Shown: in pieces, positions 41,845 to 52,482 of the stretch | Layout: each line of letters starts with the position of its first letter | Numbering within the stretch: the first letter of the stretch is position 1 | Assembly (NCBI GenBank): GCA_963770935.1 | Contig: CAVYRJ010000009.1 | Span: 64,001 to 128,000, forward strand | Reading direction: 5' to 3' | Source: Candidatus Bathyarchaeota archaeon | GTDB lineage: Archaea; Thermoproteota; Bathyarchaeia; Bathyarchaeales; Bathycorpusculaceae | Length of the DNA: 64,000 nucleotides | The notes under the pieces: generated by a model | What the model saw: the letters and a program-made list of their open reading frames with translations, nothing else | What the model was told of the DNA's origin: nothing | Database searches by the model: none | Made by a program: the position numbers and the translations under genes

Positions 41845-42366
41845 ATGAATAAAGATGAATTAAAAGCACTCGCAAAAACCGACATAAATCTTGCATCAAC
41901 AAACCTTAACGATAGCGAAATAAATTTTCTGGTCGAGACACTTAACGAAAAGGATGACAAGTTAAGATACAATGCCTTTTTGCTTTTACAGGCGAGCTCA
42001 CGCCAGTTCCCCTATGTGTACAAGTATTGGGATGAGTTTGAGAAGAAGTTGGACAACGAAAACTCGTACCAGCGGAGTCTGGGAGTAATGCTGATTGCGG
42101 AGAATGTAAGATGGGACCAAGGGGACAAGTTTAGCAAAACAATCAACAAGTACCTAAGCTGTAGTACTGATGAAAAATTCATAACCGCAAGACAAACCAT
42201 TCAAGGGCTAGAAATTATCTTGAAAACAACCGACAAATTTAACGATATAATAAAACAAACATTAGTTAATTTGCAGCTTTCGCAGTACAAAGAAAACCAA
42301 CAAAAACTGTTAAGCAAAGATGCATCAAACGTTCTCCAAAAAATTAACCGAAAGAGCATAAAGTAA
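41845..42366 (+). CDS. HEAT/ARM-repeat-like hypothetical protein
   Basis: 173-aa helical ORF with YKYWD and DEKFITARQ motifs. Confidence 0.6.
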   Translation: MNKDELKALAKTDINLASTNLNDSEINFLVETLNEKDDKLRYNAFLLLQASSRQFPYVYKYWDEFEKKLDNENSYQRSLGVMLIAENVRWDQGDKFSKTINKYLSCSTDEKFITARQTIQGLEIILKTTDKFNDIIKQTLVNLQLSQYKENQQKLLSKDASNVLQKINRKSIK

Positions 42367-42534
42367 GCACCATCAAAAACTAAAATCTATAGTATTAAAA
42401 CGAACTTTTCAATATGAATAAGAGGAATCATTTATTGTCTGTGACAACGAGAAAAGGTATGTATAGGGTTTCAGAATAATAGAGAAAAAAATACGTTTAC
42501 TTTTTGGGGATTGAAAAATAAAAAACTGGAAAAA

Positions 42535-42603
42535 CTATTTCTTTCCGGTTTTTTCTTCGTGCTTCTTCTTTTTTGCTGCGTTCTTTTTGGCTAATGAAGG
42601 CAT
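42535..42603 (-). CDS. Unannotated 22-aa Lys-rich microprotein MPSLAKKNAAKKKKHEEKTGKK
   Basis: Translated by hand; GAGG SD upstream and T-rich tract downstream. Confidence 0.55.
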   Translation of the reverse strand: MPSLAKKNAAKKKKHEEKTGKK

Positions 42604-42750
42604 AATATTCCTCTTGATTAATTCTATTTTAATTATTATGTAGTGAAGTGCCTAAAAGCTTACCTATTAAAAATTTTAAAATACCGTTGCAAAAATTGGT
42701 TTAAGCTATATATAATAGCTCATACAGTCTCATGAAAGTAAAATTAACTG

Positions 42751-43205
42751 TTGATTTGGGGGAATATTGGGTTGGATGAAGTCTTAGAAATGTTAGATAA
42801 AACTGCTAAGCGGGTTCAGAAAGTTGTGGATGAAACAAAAGAATCCACTGTAAAACAAACAGCTATCTACGAGCAACTTCTTGCATCATGTGAAGCATCT
42901 CAGGAACAAAAGTTAAAGGCATTTATTGGAAAAACCCTAGAGTTAGACCGCTTAGAACAGGTCTGAATTCTCAACTAAGCTTACTTTATTCGCTACAGAT
43001 TTTCGCGTTTAAAGTTAAAGTGCTTGAGGTTTCAGTTTGCAAAATAAACGAGCAACTTGTAAAGTCTGGGGTTTTGCAGAAAAGCGGCGAAGTAGAAGAC
43101 ATAAAAAAGAACATTGACGCCCTCAAAATCCTAATTGAAGCCCACTACGAATCGATGAAGGAAATAAACGAAACCCAAAACAAAAATCTTGGATACATAC
43201 AATAA
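42751..43205 (+). CDS. Hypothetical coiled-coil protein (split near 42960)
   Basis: Two co-linear helical ORFs that join with one indel. Confidence 0.55.
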
Positions 43206-43285
43206 AAATAAATTAAATAAAAAGGGCAGCCTTGGTGGTTTTCACCACTCTAGGTTGTTTCTGCCTGCGTCGGTTTTGGTTTATT

Positions 43286-44206
43286 TTAGAACAGTTTTTC
43301 CCAACTTGTAACTAAGTCGAGAACTTCTTGACCTGCTTTTCCGCCGTAACTCTTCAGGCGTTCGCGTGTGTCTTTTTCAGCGATTGCTGCTTTCTGGAAT
43401 TCTTGCATTTGGGCTGCTTTGTCTGTTAAGTATAGGAGACCGTCTGCACCTGCTCTTGCCATACGGACTGAGACTGTTAAGAGTTCGCTTGCAGTTGGTG
43501 TTTCTTTTGGATCGTCGCCTGGCCCGATAACGTATAGTGCGATGTTTAGTTTGACGTTCTTGAAGAGTTTCTTGAAGTTGCGTGTAAGCATTTCCCAGTA
43601 CCAGGGTGTAGCGTAGTTCTTGCTGAACATTACGACGAACATTTCTGTTGTGAGTGGTAGCATGTCGTCGAAGTTGACGCCGAAGCGTTCATAGTTGGTA
43701 ACGGGGTCTGGTAGTATACCGATGTAGAATGGTTTCTTTGCTTTGTTGATAACTGCGTCGCTTACTTGTGCCATGTAGCCTGTGATTTCTTTGCGTCTCC
43801 ATTCATACCATGAGAGTCCGCTTTTTGCGTGTAGTTCTTTGCATCTTGGGCATGTGCAGTGGCCGTGTTCTGCGAAGTGGATGCTGTTTAGCCAGATGCC
43901 TTGGGATTTGCGGGCGACGTCTTCCATATAGACTAGTTGTTCTGCTCTGTGTTCGGGCTGTGTTGCGCAGAGGACTTCCCAGCGTACGTTGTAGTTGTCG
44001 TTGGTTCTCCATGCTGGACCAAGGTCTGATTGGCTGATCCAGTCTGGGTGGATGCGGGCGGTTACGTTGTCTCCGAAAATCGCGATGTTGCTGTACATGT
44101 CAGCTTTTGGCGGCATTCGTCTGCCTACTTCTGGTTTAACGCGGAAAAGGTCAAAGTCGAAGCCTGGAACTTTTTTTGCTTCAAACATGTATGTGCCGAA
44201 TTTCAT
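43286..44206 (-). CDS. Glycoside hydrolase-like TIM-barrel protein with HCTCPRC motif
   Basis: HPDW, C-x-C-x-x-C after a Glu/His segment; resembles GHL10-like families. Confidence 0.55.
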   Translation of the reverse strand: MKFGTYMFEAKKVPGFDFDLFRVKPEVGRRMPPKADMYSNIAIFGDNVTARIHPDWISQSDLGPAWRTNDNYNVRWEVLCATQPEHRAEQLVYMEDVARKSQGIWLNSIHFAEHGHCTCPRCKELHAKSGLSWYEWRRKEITGYMAQVSDAVINKAKKPFYIGILPDPVTNYERFGVNFDDMLPLTTEMFVVMFSKNYATPWYWEMLTRNFKKLFKNVKLNIALYVIGPGDDPKETPTASELLTVSVRMARAGADGLLYLTDKAAQMQEFQKAAIAEKDTRERLKSYGGKAGQEVLDLVTSWEKLF

Positions 44207-44534
44207 TTTGCTCTACCTTTTTAGACTCAAAACGTGCGGCGCGGTTATAAAGTTTTGCGTAATAAGCCAAAAACTGTCTGCAAAAAAACAAAATGCAGTT
44301 TTGAGATTGATTTCCAATACACTAATACAAGTTTTCTCTTGTTTGTTAAACTTAAAACACCATTTATTTTTGGAACCATTTTTTTAGACAAATCAAAACT
44401 ACAGAAACATAAACAGTGAAAAAAAGAAACTTTGAACTCTATAAATTCTACTTATTATCTGCGCAATCTTTTTAGGGCAAGCTCCTTTCGCAACCTTTAG
44501 TAATTATTCAACCTTAGATGTTTAGGTTCTGCCT

Positions 44535-47139
44535 ATGAGCCAATTTCATTCAAAAGACAAACAAGAACTGCTGCATTCATTAGGCGTTGACTCAGATAGG
44601 GGTTTAACGGACCAAGAGGCAGCACAGCGCCTAAACCAGCACGGAAAAAACAGCCTTGTAGAAGAGCAGGAAATCCGTTTCTTAGGCATCCTACGGGAAG
44701 AAATCACAGAACCCATGATTCTGCTCCTCATCGCCGTCGGAGTCCTCTACAGCGTACTGGGCAGCTTAACTGACGCCCTTACGATCATAGTAATAATCAT
44801 CATCCTTGTCTTGGCAGAAGTCTGGAATGAATACAGAGCTAAACGTTCGATTTCAGCTCTCAGGCAACTGGCACCACCGACCGCACTTGCGATTAGGAAC
44901 GGTCAACCAGTAGAAGTTCAAACGATGTTTTTGGTTCCTGGCGATATTTTGCTTTTGAAGGTGGGGCAAAGGGTTCCAGCGGATGCCCGACTTCTTGAAG
45001 CCTACGGGTTAGAAATTGACGAATCCTCGTTAACAGGTGAATCGTTTCCCGCCACAAAAGATGCCGACGTGGTGTTGCCGAGTGAAACTAGAATCACCGA
45101 CCAAACCAACATGCTTTTCACAGGAACCGTAGTTAATCGGGGAAGGGCAAAAGCACTCGTAGTTGCAACTGGCGTAAGTACGGAGCTTGGAAGGGTTGCT
45201 GGCATAACCAAAGCGGCGAAAGAGCCCAAAACAGCGCTTCAATTAGCGATGAAGCAGCTTTCAAAGACGCTTGTGTGGGTTGCGCTCTTCTTTAGCATCC
45301 TTATCCCTGTTTTGAGTTATCTTAGGGGGTTGCAACCTAACCCTGGCGAGGCTGTGCTCTATGGGTTATCTTTGGCGTTCGTTGTCATCCCCGAAGAACT
45401 GCCCATCATAATTACGATGGTTTTAGGTGTCGGAAGCTATGCCTTGTCCCGCAAAGGCACCATAGTGAAGCGATTGCGTGCGGCTGAAACTTTGGGAACT
45501 GTAACCGTTATAGCGACAGACAAGACGGGAACAATTACTGAGAACAAATTGCGTGTTGAGCATTTTTATTTTGACGGTACAGTGCGGTTGACGGGTGAGT
45601 TTAAAGAAAACGAAAAAGCTGCATTGAAAACTGCGCTTCTGGCAAGCGATGCCATCCGGGACAATGCCGTTTTGGGTAATCCGATGGCGCAGGCAATTTT
45701 AGAGAGGCTAAAACAGGACGGAATCGATACTCAAGCCTTATCGAAAGATTGGGTTCTCAAAAACGAGATAAGCTTTGACGTGAAGCGTAAACTAGCTACT
45801 TACTTTTACCAATACGGCAACTCCCTTATTGCCTTGTCGAGCGGTGCACCAGAGAGAATTCTTGAAAAGTCCAGCAAGATACTGCTTAGAGGGGAAGAAA
45901 CACAGCTCACAGATGACTTAAGGAGCGAGACGTTGGGAGTAATAGTGCAGATGGCGAGTTTAGGCGAACGCCTTCTGGCTTTTGGATACCGCAGATTACC
46001 AACCGACGCCACATCTGGTAGCGAAAATATTGAAGGTGACATCGTTTTTGTCGGCATAATTGGCTTTATCGACCCCCCACGCAAAGAAGTCAAAGGCGCC
46101 ATCAAAACCTGCCAAGAAGCAGGAATCAAAGTAATCATGATAACTGGCGACCACCCTGAAACTGCTAGAACAATCGCTAATCAAGTCGGCATAAACAGCG
46201 CCAATGTGCTGACGGGTAGCGAAATTGCAGAAATGTCTGATACAGACTTGAAAGAAGCATTGAAGCAGCACCTTTGTTTTTGCTCGGGTCACTCCCGAAG
46301 ACAAGCTACGCTTAGTCAGGCTGCTAAAGGAGACCGGTGAAGTGGTAGCTGTCACGGGCGACGGTATTAACGATGCTCCAGCGCTCAAAGAAGCCCACAT
46401 TGGAATTGCAATGGGCATCCGCGGGACCGATGTTGCGAAGGAAAGCGCAAGTATGATTTTAACCGACGACAACTTCGCCAACATAGAAGTCGCCGTTAAA
46501 GAGGGACGTAAATTGTACGGCAATCTACGCAAGGGCGTCTCCTACTACTTAGCATGCAAAGTGGCGTTGGTTTCAATTTTCATTGTTCCAATCATCCTTG
46601 GGATTCCTCTTCCCTTTGCACCCATTCAAATCATAGTGCTTGAACTCTTCATGGATTTGGCCGCATCAGCCACCTTCGTAGCTGAACCCGAAGAAACGGG
46701 AAACATGAAAAAGCCGCCCACGAATCCAAAAGAGAGATTCCTCAACAAATCCGTGCTAAGAACCCTATTTTTGGGGGCATTGGGCCTCTTTATAGCTGTC
46801 ACAGCTACTTTCCTATTCGCATGGTATACAACGCAAAGTTTGCCTTACGCTCGAACAGTAGCGTTTGCGACATGGATGTTTGGTCACATCTTCCTCGCAT
46901 TAAATTTCCGCTCAGAACGCGAACCCCTGATAAAGGTAGGGTTGCTTTCAAACAAAGTCATGCTGCTTTGGGCTTTGCTGGTATTTGTGACCTTACTTGT
47001 CGGAACATCTTTGCCGATAATACAGACATCTCTGCAGATTACAGGTTTAAGCCTACAGGATTGGGTCCTAGCTATTGCAGTGTCGTTTGTGGCTACGTTC
47101 TGGATGGAACTTACAAAAATTCTGGGGAAAAGCGCCTAG
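44535..47139 (+). CDS. P-type (IIA-like) cation-transporting ATPase (indel near 46265)
   Basis: TGES, PEEL, DKTGT, DPPR, TGD, GDGIND. Confidence 0.93.
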
Positions 47140-47188
47140 CTTTTTAACCCAAACAACATATTGATGGTAAAAGGGAAGAGGGTTAAGT

Positions 47189-47584
47189 GTGCCGATAAAG
47201 TATTTTGAGGCTCCAGAAATCAAAAAACAAGTTGACCAGTTAGCGCAGGAATGCGAGTTTTACCATGTTGTGCCGCAGTTTGTTTTCTGCGTGAGAAGCA
47301 AAGGTTCGAAGGCACGGCGCACCATTGCTCGAATTCATGGTTTGGGCAAGATTTGGCAGGGCGTTTTGAACCTTCCACCGTCCTATACGATTGAGGTTAT
47401 TTCGGAGATTTTTGACAGGATGTCGGCTGAGGATAGGGAGAGAACTTTGATTCATGAACTTATGCATATTCCGGGCGGTTTCTCCGGGGGTTTTCGCCCA
47501 CATAAGGGCTATGTTGAAAGGAAAAATGTGGATTTTGTTTACAAGAAATTGCAGAATGAACGAAAGATGGTTGAGGAAGTTTAA
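47189..47584 (+). CDS. Putative zinc metallopeptidase
   Basis: ARIHGL…W, YTIEVISE, HELMH. Confidence 0.75.
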   Translation: MPIKYFEAPEIKKQVDQLAQECEFYHVVPQFVFCVRSKGSKARRTIARIHGLGKIWQGVLNLPPSYTIEVISEIFDRMSAEDRERTLIHELMHIPGGFSGGFRPHKGYVERKNVDFVYKKLQNERKMVEEV

Positions 47585-47784
47585 GAAGCTGCAAAGCGAC
47601 AGGGCTGCAAAACGGCAAAAACTGCTTTTTTCCTAAATTAACAGGTCTTTTTTGGGTTAGGTTTTAAGTTGGGTAACCGGGGTTATAGAAAGTTACTGCT
47701 TTGGTAACGAAAGATAAAAAAAGCATGCATAAGCTAGTAGTTGGCTAAGCAAGAAACTTTGCCGAAAAATGGTGTTTAACCCAA

Positions 47785-49462
47785 ATGAAGCACGTTATGA
47801 AAAGTCTAAAGCACAACGGCATATTCGTTCCGCCTTACGACCTTAAAGGGTTTAGCTTAAAAATTCAGGGTCAAACAATCAAACTAACCGAAAAATCTGA
47901 GCCCATGGCGATGGCATGGAGCCGCAGAGTTCTATCAACCACCATACCGCCCCCAGACAAGGTCTTTACAAAGAACTTTATGAAAGAATTTCTCGAACAA
48001 CTAAAGAAGGAAAATCCTTCAGCAGACTACTTGAACACTTTTATCCCAAAATACCTCGCCTGCATCGATAACGCACCATCCACACAAAACAACGGTTGCG
48101 AACAAGTTAACGAAATTGACTTTGGACAAGTTAAGAGCTTCATCGTTGATGAAAAAGCAAAGAAAGAAGCCATAAGCAAGGAAGAGAAGAAGCAGCAGGC
48201 TGAAGAACGCAAAGTTAAACGTTTAGAATTCAAAGAAAAATATCGGCTACGCTGAAGTTGATGGGCAAAAGCTGGAGATAGCCAACTGGACTGCTGAGCC
48301 ATCATGCCTTTTCGCTGGACGCGGTGACCACCCGCAGCGTGGCAAATGGAAGGAAGGTCCAAGCGAGCAAGACATCATTCTTAATTTGCCCAAAGACGAG
48401 AAAGGCAACCTCTTGGTGCCCCGTCCCGCTGGAAACTGGAAAGACATCGTTTGGGAACCCAACAAGATGTACGTGGCAAAGTGGGAAGACAAGCTAACTG
48501 GAAAAATCAAGTACGTCTGGTTCTCCGATACTGCGTTCCTAAAACAGAACCGTGAGAAAGAGAAGTTTCAGAAAGCCGAAACCTTGGGCAAACAAATCAA
48601 ACAAATCGAAGCACACATTCTAAAAAACCTCAACGACAAAGATGAGACAAGACGGAAAACCGCTACGGTTTCTTGGCTGATTTTGGTGCCAAATATGAGG
48701 GTTGGTGACGAAAAAGACCCAGACGAAGCCGACACCGTAGGCGCAATCACTTTGCGTAAAGAACACATCAACATCGTTGGCGATACCATCTACTTTGACT
48801 TCTTAGGCAAAGACAGCGTAAGGTGGGTCAAAGAATACAAGGCGCCACCCGAAGTCATCAAAAACATCGAGTACTTCAGCAAAACAAGCAAAGAATACCT
48901 ATTCGAAGGCATCGACTCAAAACACGTCAGTCGTTTCCTCTCCGAGAAAATGCCCAAACTCACCGCCAAAGTCTTCCGTACATGGCGATGCACAAAAACC
49001 GTCCGAGAAGAACTTGAAAAAAGCGGCGTAACCAAAGACGACCCCGACTACAAGAAAAATTTCGCTGCAAAAATGGCAAACTTGAAAGTGGCAGAAGTCG
49101 CAAACCACAAACGCAAAATTCCACCCACCTTTGACCAGCGTGTAGCCGATAAAGACTCAAAACTCAAAGATTTACAACTGCTTTTAAAAGCAAAGAAGGC
49201 TGAGGGCAAAAAAACTGAATCCCTCGAAACACGCATCGAACGCGCCAAACTCGACTTAGAACTCACCAAACTAACACGTGAATACAACCTTGGCACCTCG
49301 CTCAAATCCTACATTGATCCAACGGCATATGTGAAGTGGGCAAAGAAAGTCAAGTTCGACATCGAAAAATTCTACCCCAAAACCCTTCGCAGCAAGTTCA
49401 GTTGGGCACTCGAGCACAGAAAAGCTGAGGCTCCATGCAACACTGAGTGTATAACTCCATGA
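47785..49462 (+). CDS. Eukaryote-like DNA topoisomerase IB (indel near 48240)
   Basis: LKHNG, GRGDHP-x-RG, KYVW, RVGDEKD, FDFLGKDS, LTAKVFRT, NHKR, LGTS-x-x-x-YIDP catalytic Tyr. Confidence 0.93.
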
Positions 49463-49752
49463 GCATTGCCGAAACTAATGATGGCGTTTTCCTCACAATT
49501 TTTGTTAAACCCAACTCGGCCAAATTCAAGATTGAACTCGACGGCGACGAAATTGTTGTGCATTCCACTGAGGAGCCAGTGAAGGGAAAAGTTAACAAGG
49601 AAATCATAAAAGAATTAACCAAGTTTTTGCATACCAAAGTTGAACTTGTTTCAGGTGCCACTTCTAGAAAAAAACAATTTTTTATTAAGGGTATGCGAAA
49701 GCAGCAGTTAGAAACATTTTTAGTGGAAGCCAATTTAGTGTTTGGATATTAA
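49459..49752 (+). CDS. DUF167/YggU family protein
   Basis: VKPNS, P-x-x-GK-x-N-x-E, G-x-TSR-x-K; ATG overlaps the topoisomerase stop. Confidence 0.85.
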   Translation: MSIAETNDGVFLTIFVKPNSAKFKIELDGDEIVVHSTEEPVKGKVNKEIIKELTKFLHTKVELVSGATSRKKQFFIKGMRKQQLETFLVEANLVFGY

Positions 49753-49951
49753 AAAAATTGAAATATCCTTTATAAGGGAAAAAACACGCTCTTTATCTAA
49801 TAAACAATAAAAGAGAGGGACTGCCCCCTCACCTTACCCCAATTCTGCATCCAAAAACAACTTTTTTATTTCTTCATTTCTTGATTAAAAGGCTGTTTCA
49901 CTCAAAGCCCTTAATAACCCAGACACCATTTTTCCTTAAATGTGATTAGCC

Positions 49952-50134
49952 ATGTGTGAATTTAATGTAATAGTAGACGGCAAAGTGCAATTTAGGGATG
50001 TCATCTACAGCAAAGTTGACGGAGAAAACATAACCGTTAAAAACATCATGGGAGAGGCTAGAGAATTCAAGGGCTACAAAATCGTAGAAGTCGATGTTCC
50101 CAATACAAGGCTTGTTCTTTCTGTACTAAAATAG
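49952..50134 (+). CDS. CooT-like small nickel-binding protein
   Basis: MCE start, 60 aa, I-x-G…I-x-EVD…L pattern. Confidence 0.7.
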   Translation: MCEFNVIVDGKVQFRDVIYSKVDGENITVKNIMGEAREFKGYKIVEVDVPNTRLVLSVLK

Positions 50135-50518
50135 TAATATAAGCCTTCAATGACGCAAAGAAAAAACCTGCTGTTGCAATCGCAAGTACTGATGGTATCA
50201 ATTTGACTATTCTTCTAAAAATAGTTGATTCAGCGTACCTCTCAACTTGAGAGGGAAAGGGCGTTTTTGTTAGTATATAAGATTGCCTATACATAGTGGG
50301 TTCAATTTGTTCCAGTGGAAATTAAGGGGTTAAACATGAACTTAGCTAAAAAACCATGGGAAAAAAAATGTGCGACTGTAAGCACGGAGGTATTTAAGGC
50401 AAGATAACTCATGCTACCCCTCAGAACAATGGCTTTTTTGTCTTTCAGGATTTATATATCCTAAAGTTGACTAGTAAAGATTGCAGCTATCAGCATACCA
50501 GCTATTTGGCAAGGAAAT

Positions 50519-51196
50519 ATGATGAGTAACAGAGAAAAATTCGACCGTGACTTAACTGCTCTTCTGTGCAGGATGACTTTTGATTCTACTCCAGAAGTTG
50601 AAAACAAACTCAACACGTTAAAAGACTGGCTTGTCAAACTCCAGAAAGAAAACGTGGTAAAAATAAACCATTCCGTGATGGAACTCGTATGCGCCAAACA
50701 CCTCATTCAAAAAGGCTACGAAGTTCAAATTGAATATTCACTTAACTCATTTTTAACGTGCGATTTATATGGCATAAAAGGTTTGGGAAACCTAATAGTT
50801 GAAATAGAAACTGGATTTATTCCGCCTGAGAACGCCTTGGCGCCCTTAACCTACACAACCGCAAGATTGGCAAGCAAAATTATCCGGTATAGCAGCTTTG
50901 CAGGAAAATTCGCGCTGGGAGTTCCACCACATTACATCTTGCCTTTTCCACGAACCTTGGCAAAACCACCAAGAAACCGTTCAGACCAGGAAATTGAACA
51001 GATAAAAAATCTCTGTGATGCTTATTACCAGAAACCACCCGTGACACTTGAAGAAATCCGCAATGCCCGAATACAGGAAATTTACATTATCGACGTTGAC
51101 CGAGCAAGAGTTCAGGAGATCGATCCAGAAGCCTACCTCAAGAGAGCAATTCAGAAAGGCATAGTTCCTGATTACATAACGCAAACTGAGGAGTAA
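50519..51196 (+). CDS. Conserved hypothetical protein, PD-(D/E)xK-like
   Basis: CD…EIETG motif. Confidence 0.6.
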   Translation: MMSNREKFDRDLTALLCRMTFDSTPEVENKLNTLKDWLVKLQKENVVKINHSVMELVCAKHLIQKGYEVQIEYSLNSFLTCDLYGIKGLGNLIVEIETGFIPPENALAPLTYTTARLASKIIRYSSFAGKFALGVPPHYILPFPRTLAKPPRNRSDQEIEQIKNLCDAYYQKPPVTLEEIRNARIQEIYIIDVDRARVQEIDPEAYLKRAIQKGIVPDYITQTEE

Positions 51197-51205
51197 CAAG
51201 CCGCA

Positions 51206-51475
51206 ATGTCGTTTTACGTTTACGTACTACTCTGTATGGATGGCAGCTTCTACACAGGCTGTACAAATGATCTGCAGGAAAGAACAAAACAGCATGAAAA
51301 CGGCAAAGGCGCAAAATACACCAAGTCACATCGACCAAAAAAAGTAGCTTACGTGGAAGTTTTCGGGTCAAGAAGTAACGCCATGAAAAGGGAGAAAGCA
51401 ATAAAAAAGTTGAGCCACCTGCAAAAACAGGATCTTATTAGTTCCCAATGCAAAAAAATAAAAAAGCTATACTAA
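51206..51475 (+). CDS. GIY-YIG nuclease (UPF0213)
   Basis: YVYVL-x-C-x-DGS-x-YTG, GAKYT, A-x-KRE-x-x-IK. Confidence 0.9.
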   Translation: MSFYVYVLLCMDGSFYTGCTNDLQERTKQHENGKGAKYTKSHRPKKVAYVEVFGSRSNAMKREKAIKKLSHLQKQDLISSQCKKIKKLY

Positions 51476-51681
51476 GAGTGGCCGCCTAATTGCCAAAGTT
51501 TTCATTAGACGATTTGTAGCCAAAGAAACAGAGACCATCCAGTATACATGTTTTTTTTGTAAAAAATGGAAAATTGACGTTTCTGTAATTGCTCAACACT
51601 TCGAATTAATATGAAAAACGGAATTGGATAAAGCTTAAATTTCTATGCGTACAAAAGCGAGTTCTCCTCGCGGAATAAACC

Positions 51682-51921
51682 TTGAACAGACAAGACGCTA
51701 TAGCAGTATTAAGAAAAATAATGGCTAGTTGCGCTTCATTCAATACTGCGCAAGCAGCAAATATAACCAAGGATAAGGAAAAACAAGGCTGGGTTCTTAA
51801 TGTTAATTGGACTCCTTACTCTGATGAAAACGGATGCTTAGACAACATTCTTGATGAATACAATTTAGAGTCAGTAACTACAAATGGATGCACAGTTTTT
51901 CGCTCAATTCAAAAATCCTAA
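51682..51921 (+). CDS. Hypothetical protein
   Basis: 79-aa ORF with upstream TATA-like AAAGCTTAAAT. Confidence 0.5.
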   Translation: MNRQDAIAVLRKIMASCASFNTAQAANITKDKEKQGWVLNVNWTPYSDENGCLDNILDEYNLESVTTNGCTVFRSIQKS

Positions 51922-51940
51922 TTTTATAAAGCTCAAGAAA

Positions 51941-52255
51941 CTAACAACCCGTGGAAATCAACAAATATCCTCTAACATTGTCTGTTCTTAATTTGTGGCT
52001 TTTAACATAAGTGTCTAACTCATTAGAAAATGATTCTTGAATCGAACCTGAATCAGTTAGAACTACGTAACCATCTGTTTCAGTATCCAAAATACCCCAC
52101 TCAAGGAAACCTTTGAATATTTTTGGATGAAATGCGTCGAATTTTTTTAGGAACTCTATAGCTTCAGCAAAATCCATGATAATTAACCTAATTAACTCAC
52201 ATTTGTCTAATAGAATACTTAAAGAGTTGTGATTGCAAACAAGTAGTAACAACAC
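51941..52255 (-). CDS. Hypothetical protein (likely start at internal MDFAEA)
   Basis: ORF with globular composition from the internal Met. Confidence 0.45.
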   Translation of the reverse strand: MLLLLVCNHNSLSILLDKCELIRLIIMDFAEAIEFLKKFDAFHPKIFKGFLEWGILDTETDGYVVLTDSGSIQESFSNELDTYVKSHKLRTDNVRGYLLISTGC

Positions 52256-52482
52256 ATTTTATTGCTTTTTTGAATTTTAAAAAATATAGAAATAAACAGC
52301 TCCATTTGTCATTTTTCCCTTTTGTGTTTGGTTGAAAGCCTAATATTCGTTTAAAACATCAAATAAAAAACAGGCAACAATGATGTGTTGCCGAAGCCCA
52401 TAATGTCTGAAGTGACCTACTTATTATCAAAATAAGTGACCGCCCGAAATATTAAAAATGTAAGGGGTAACTTGAAAAAGTT

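Noticed and set aside
52372-52447. Second C/D box-like element (ATGATGT…CTGA)
   Set aside because: Box C is buried in a GGCAACA/TGTTGCC hairpin and there is no convincing terminal D box.
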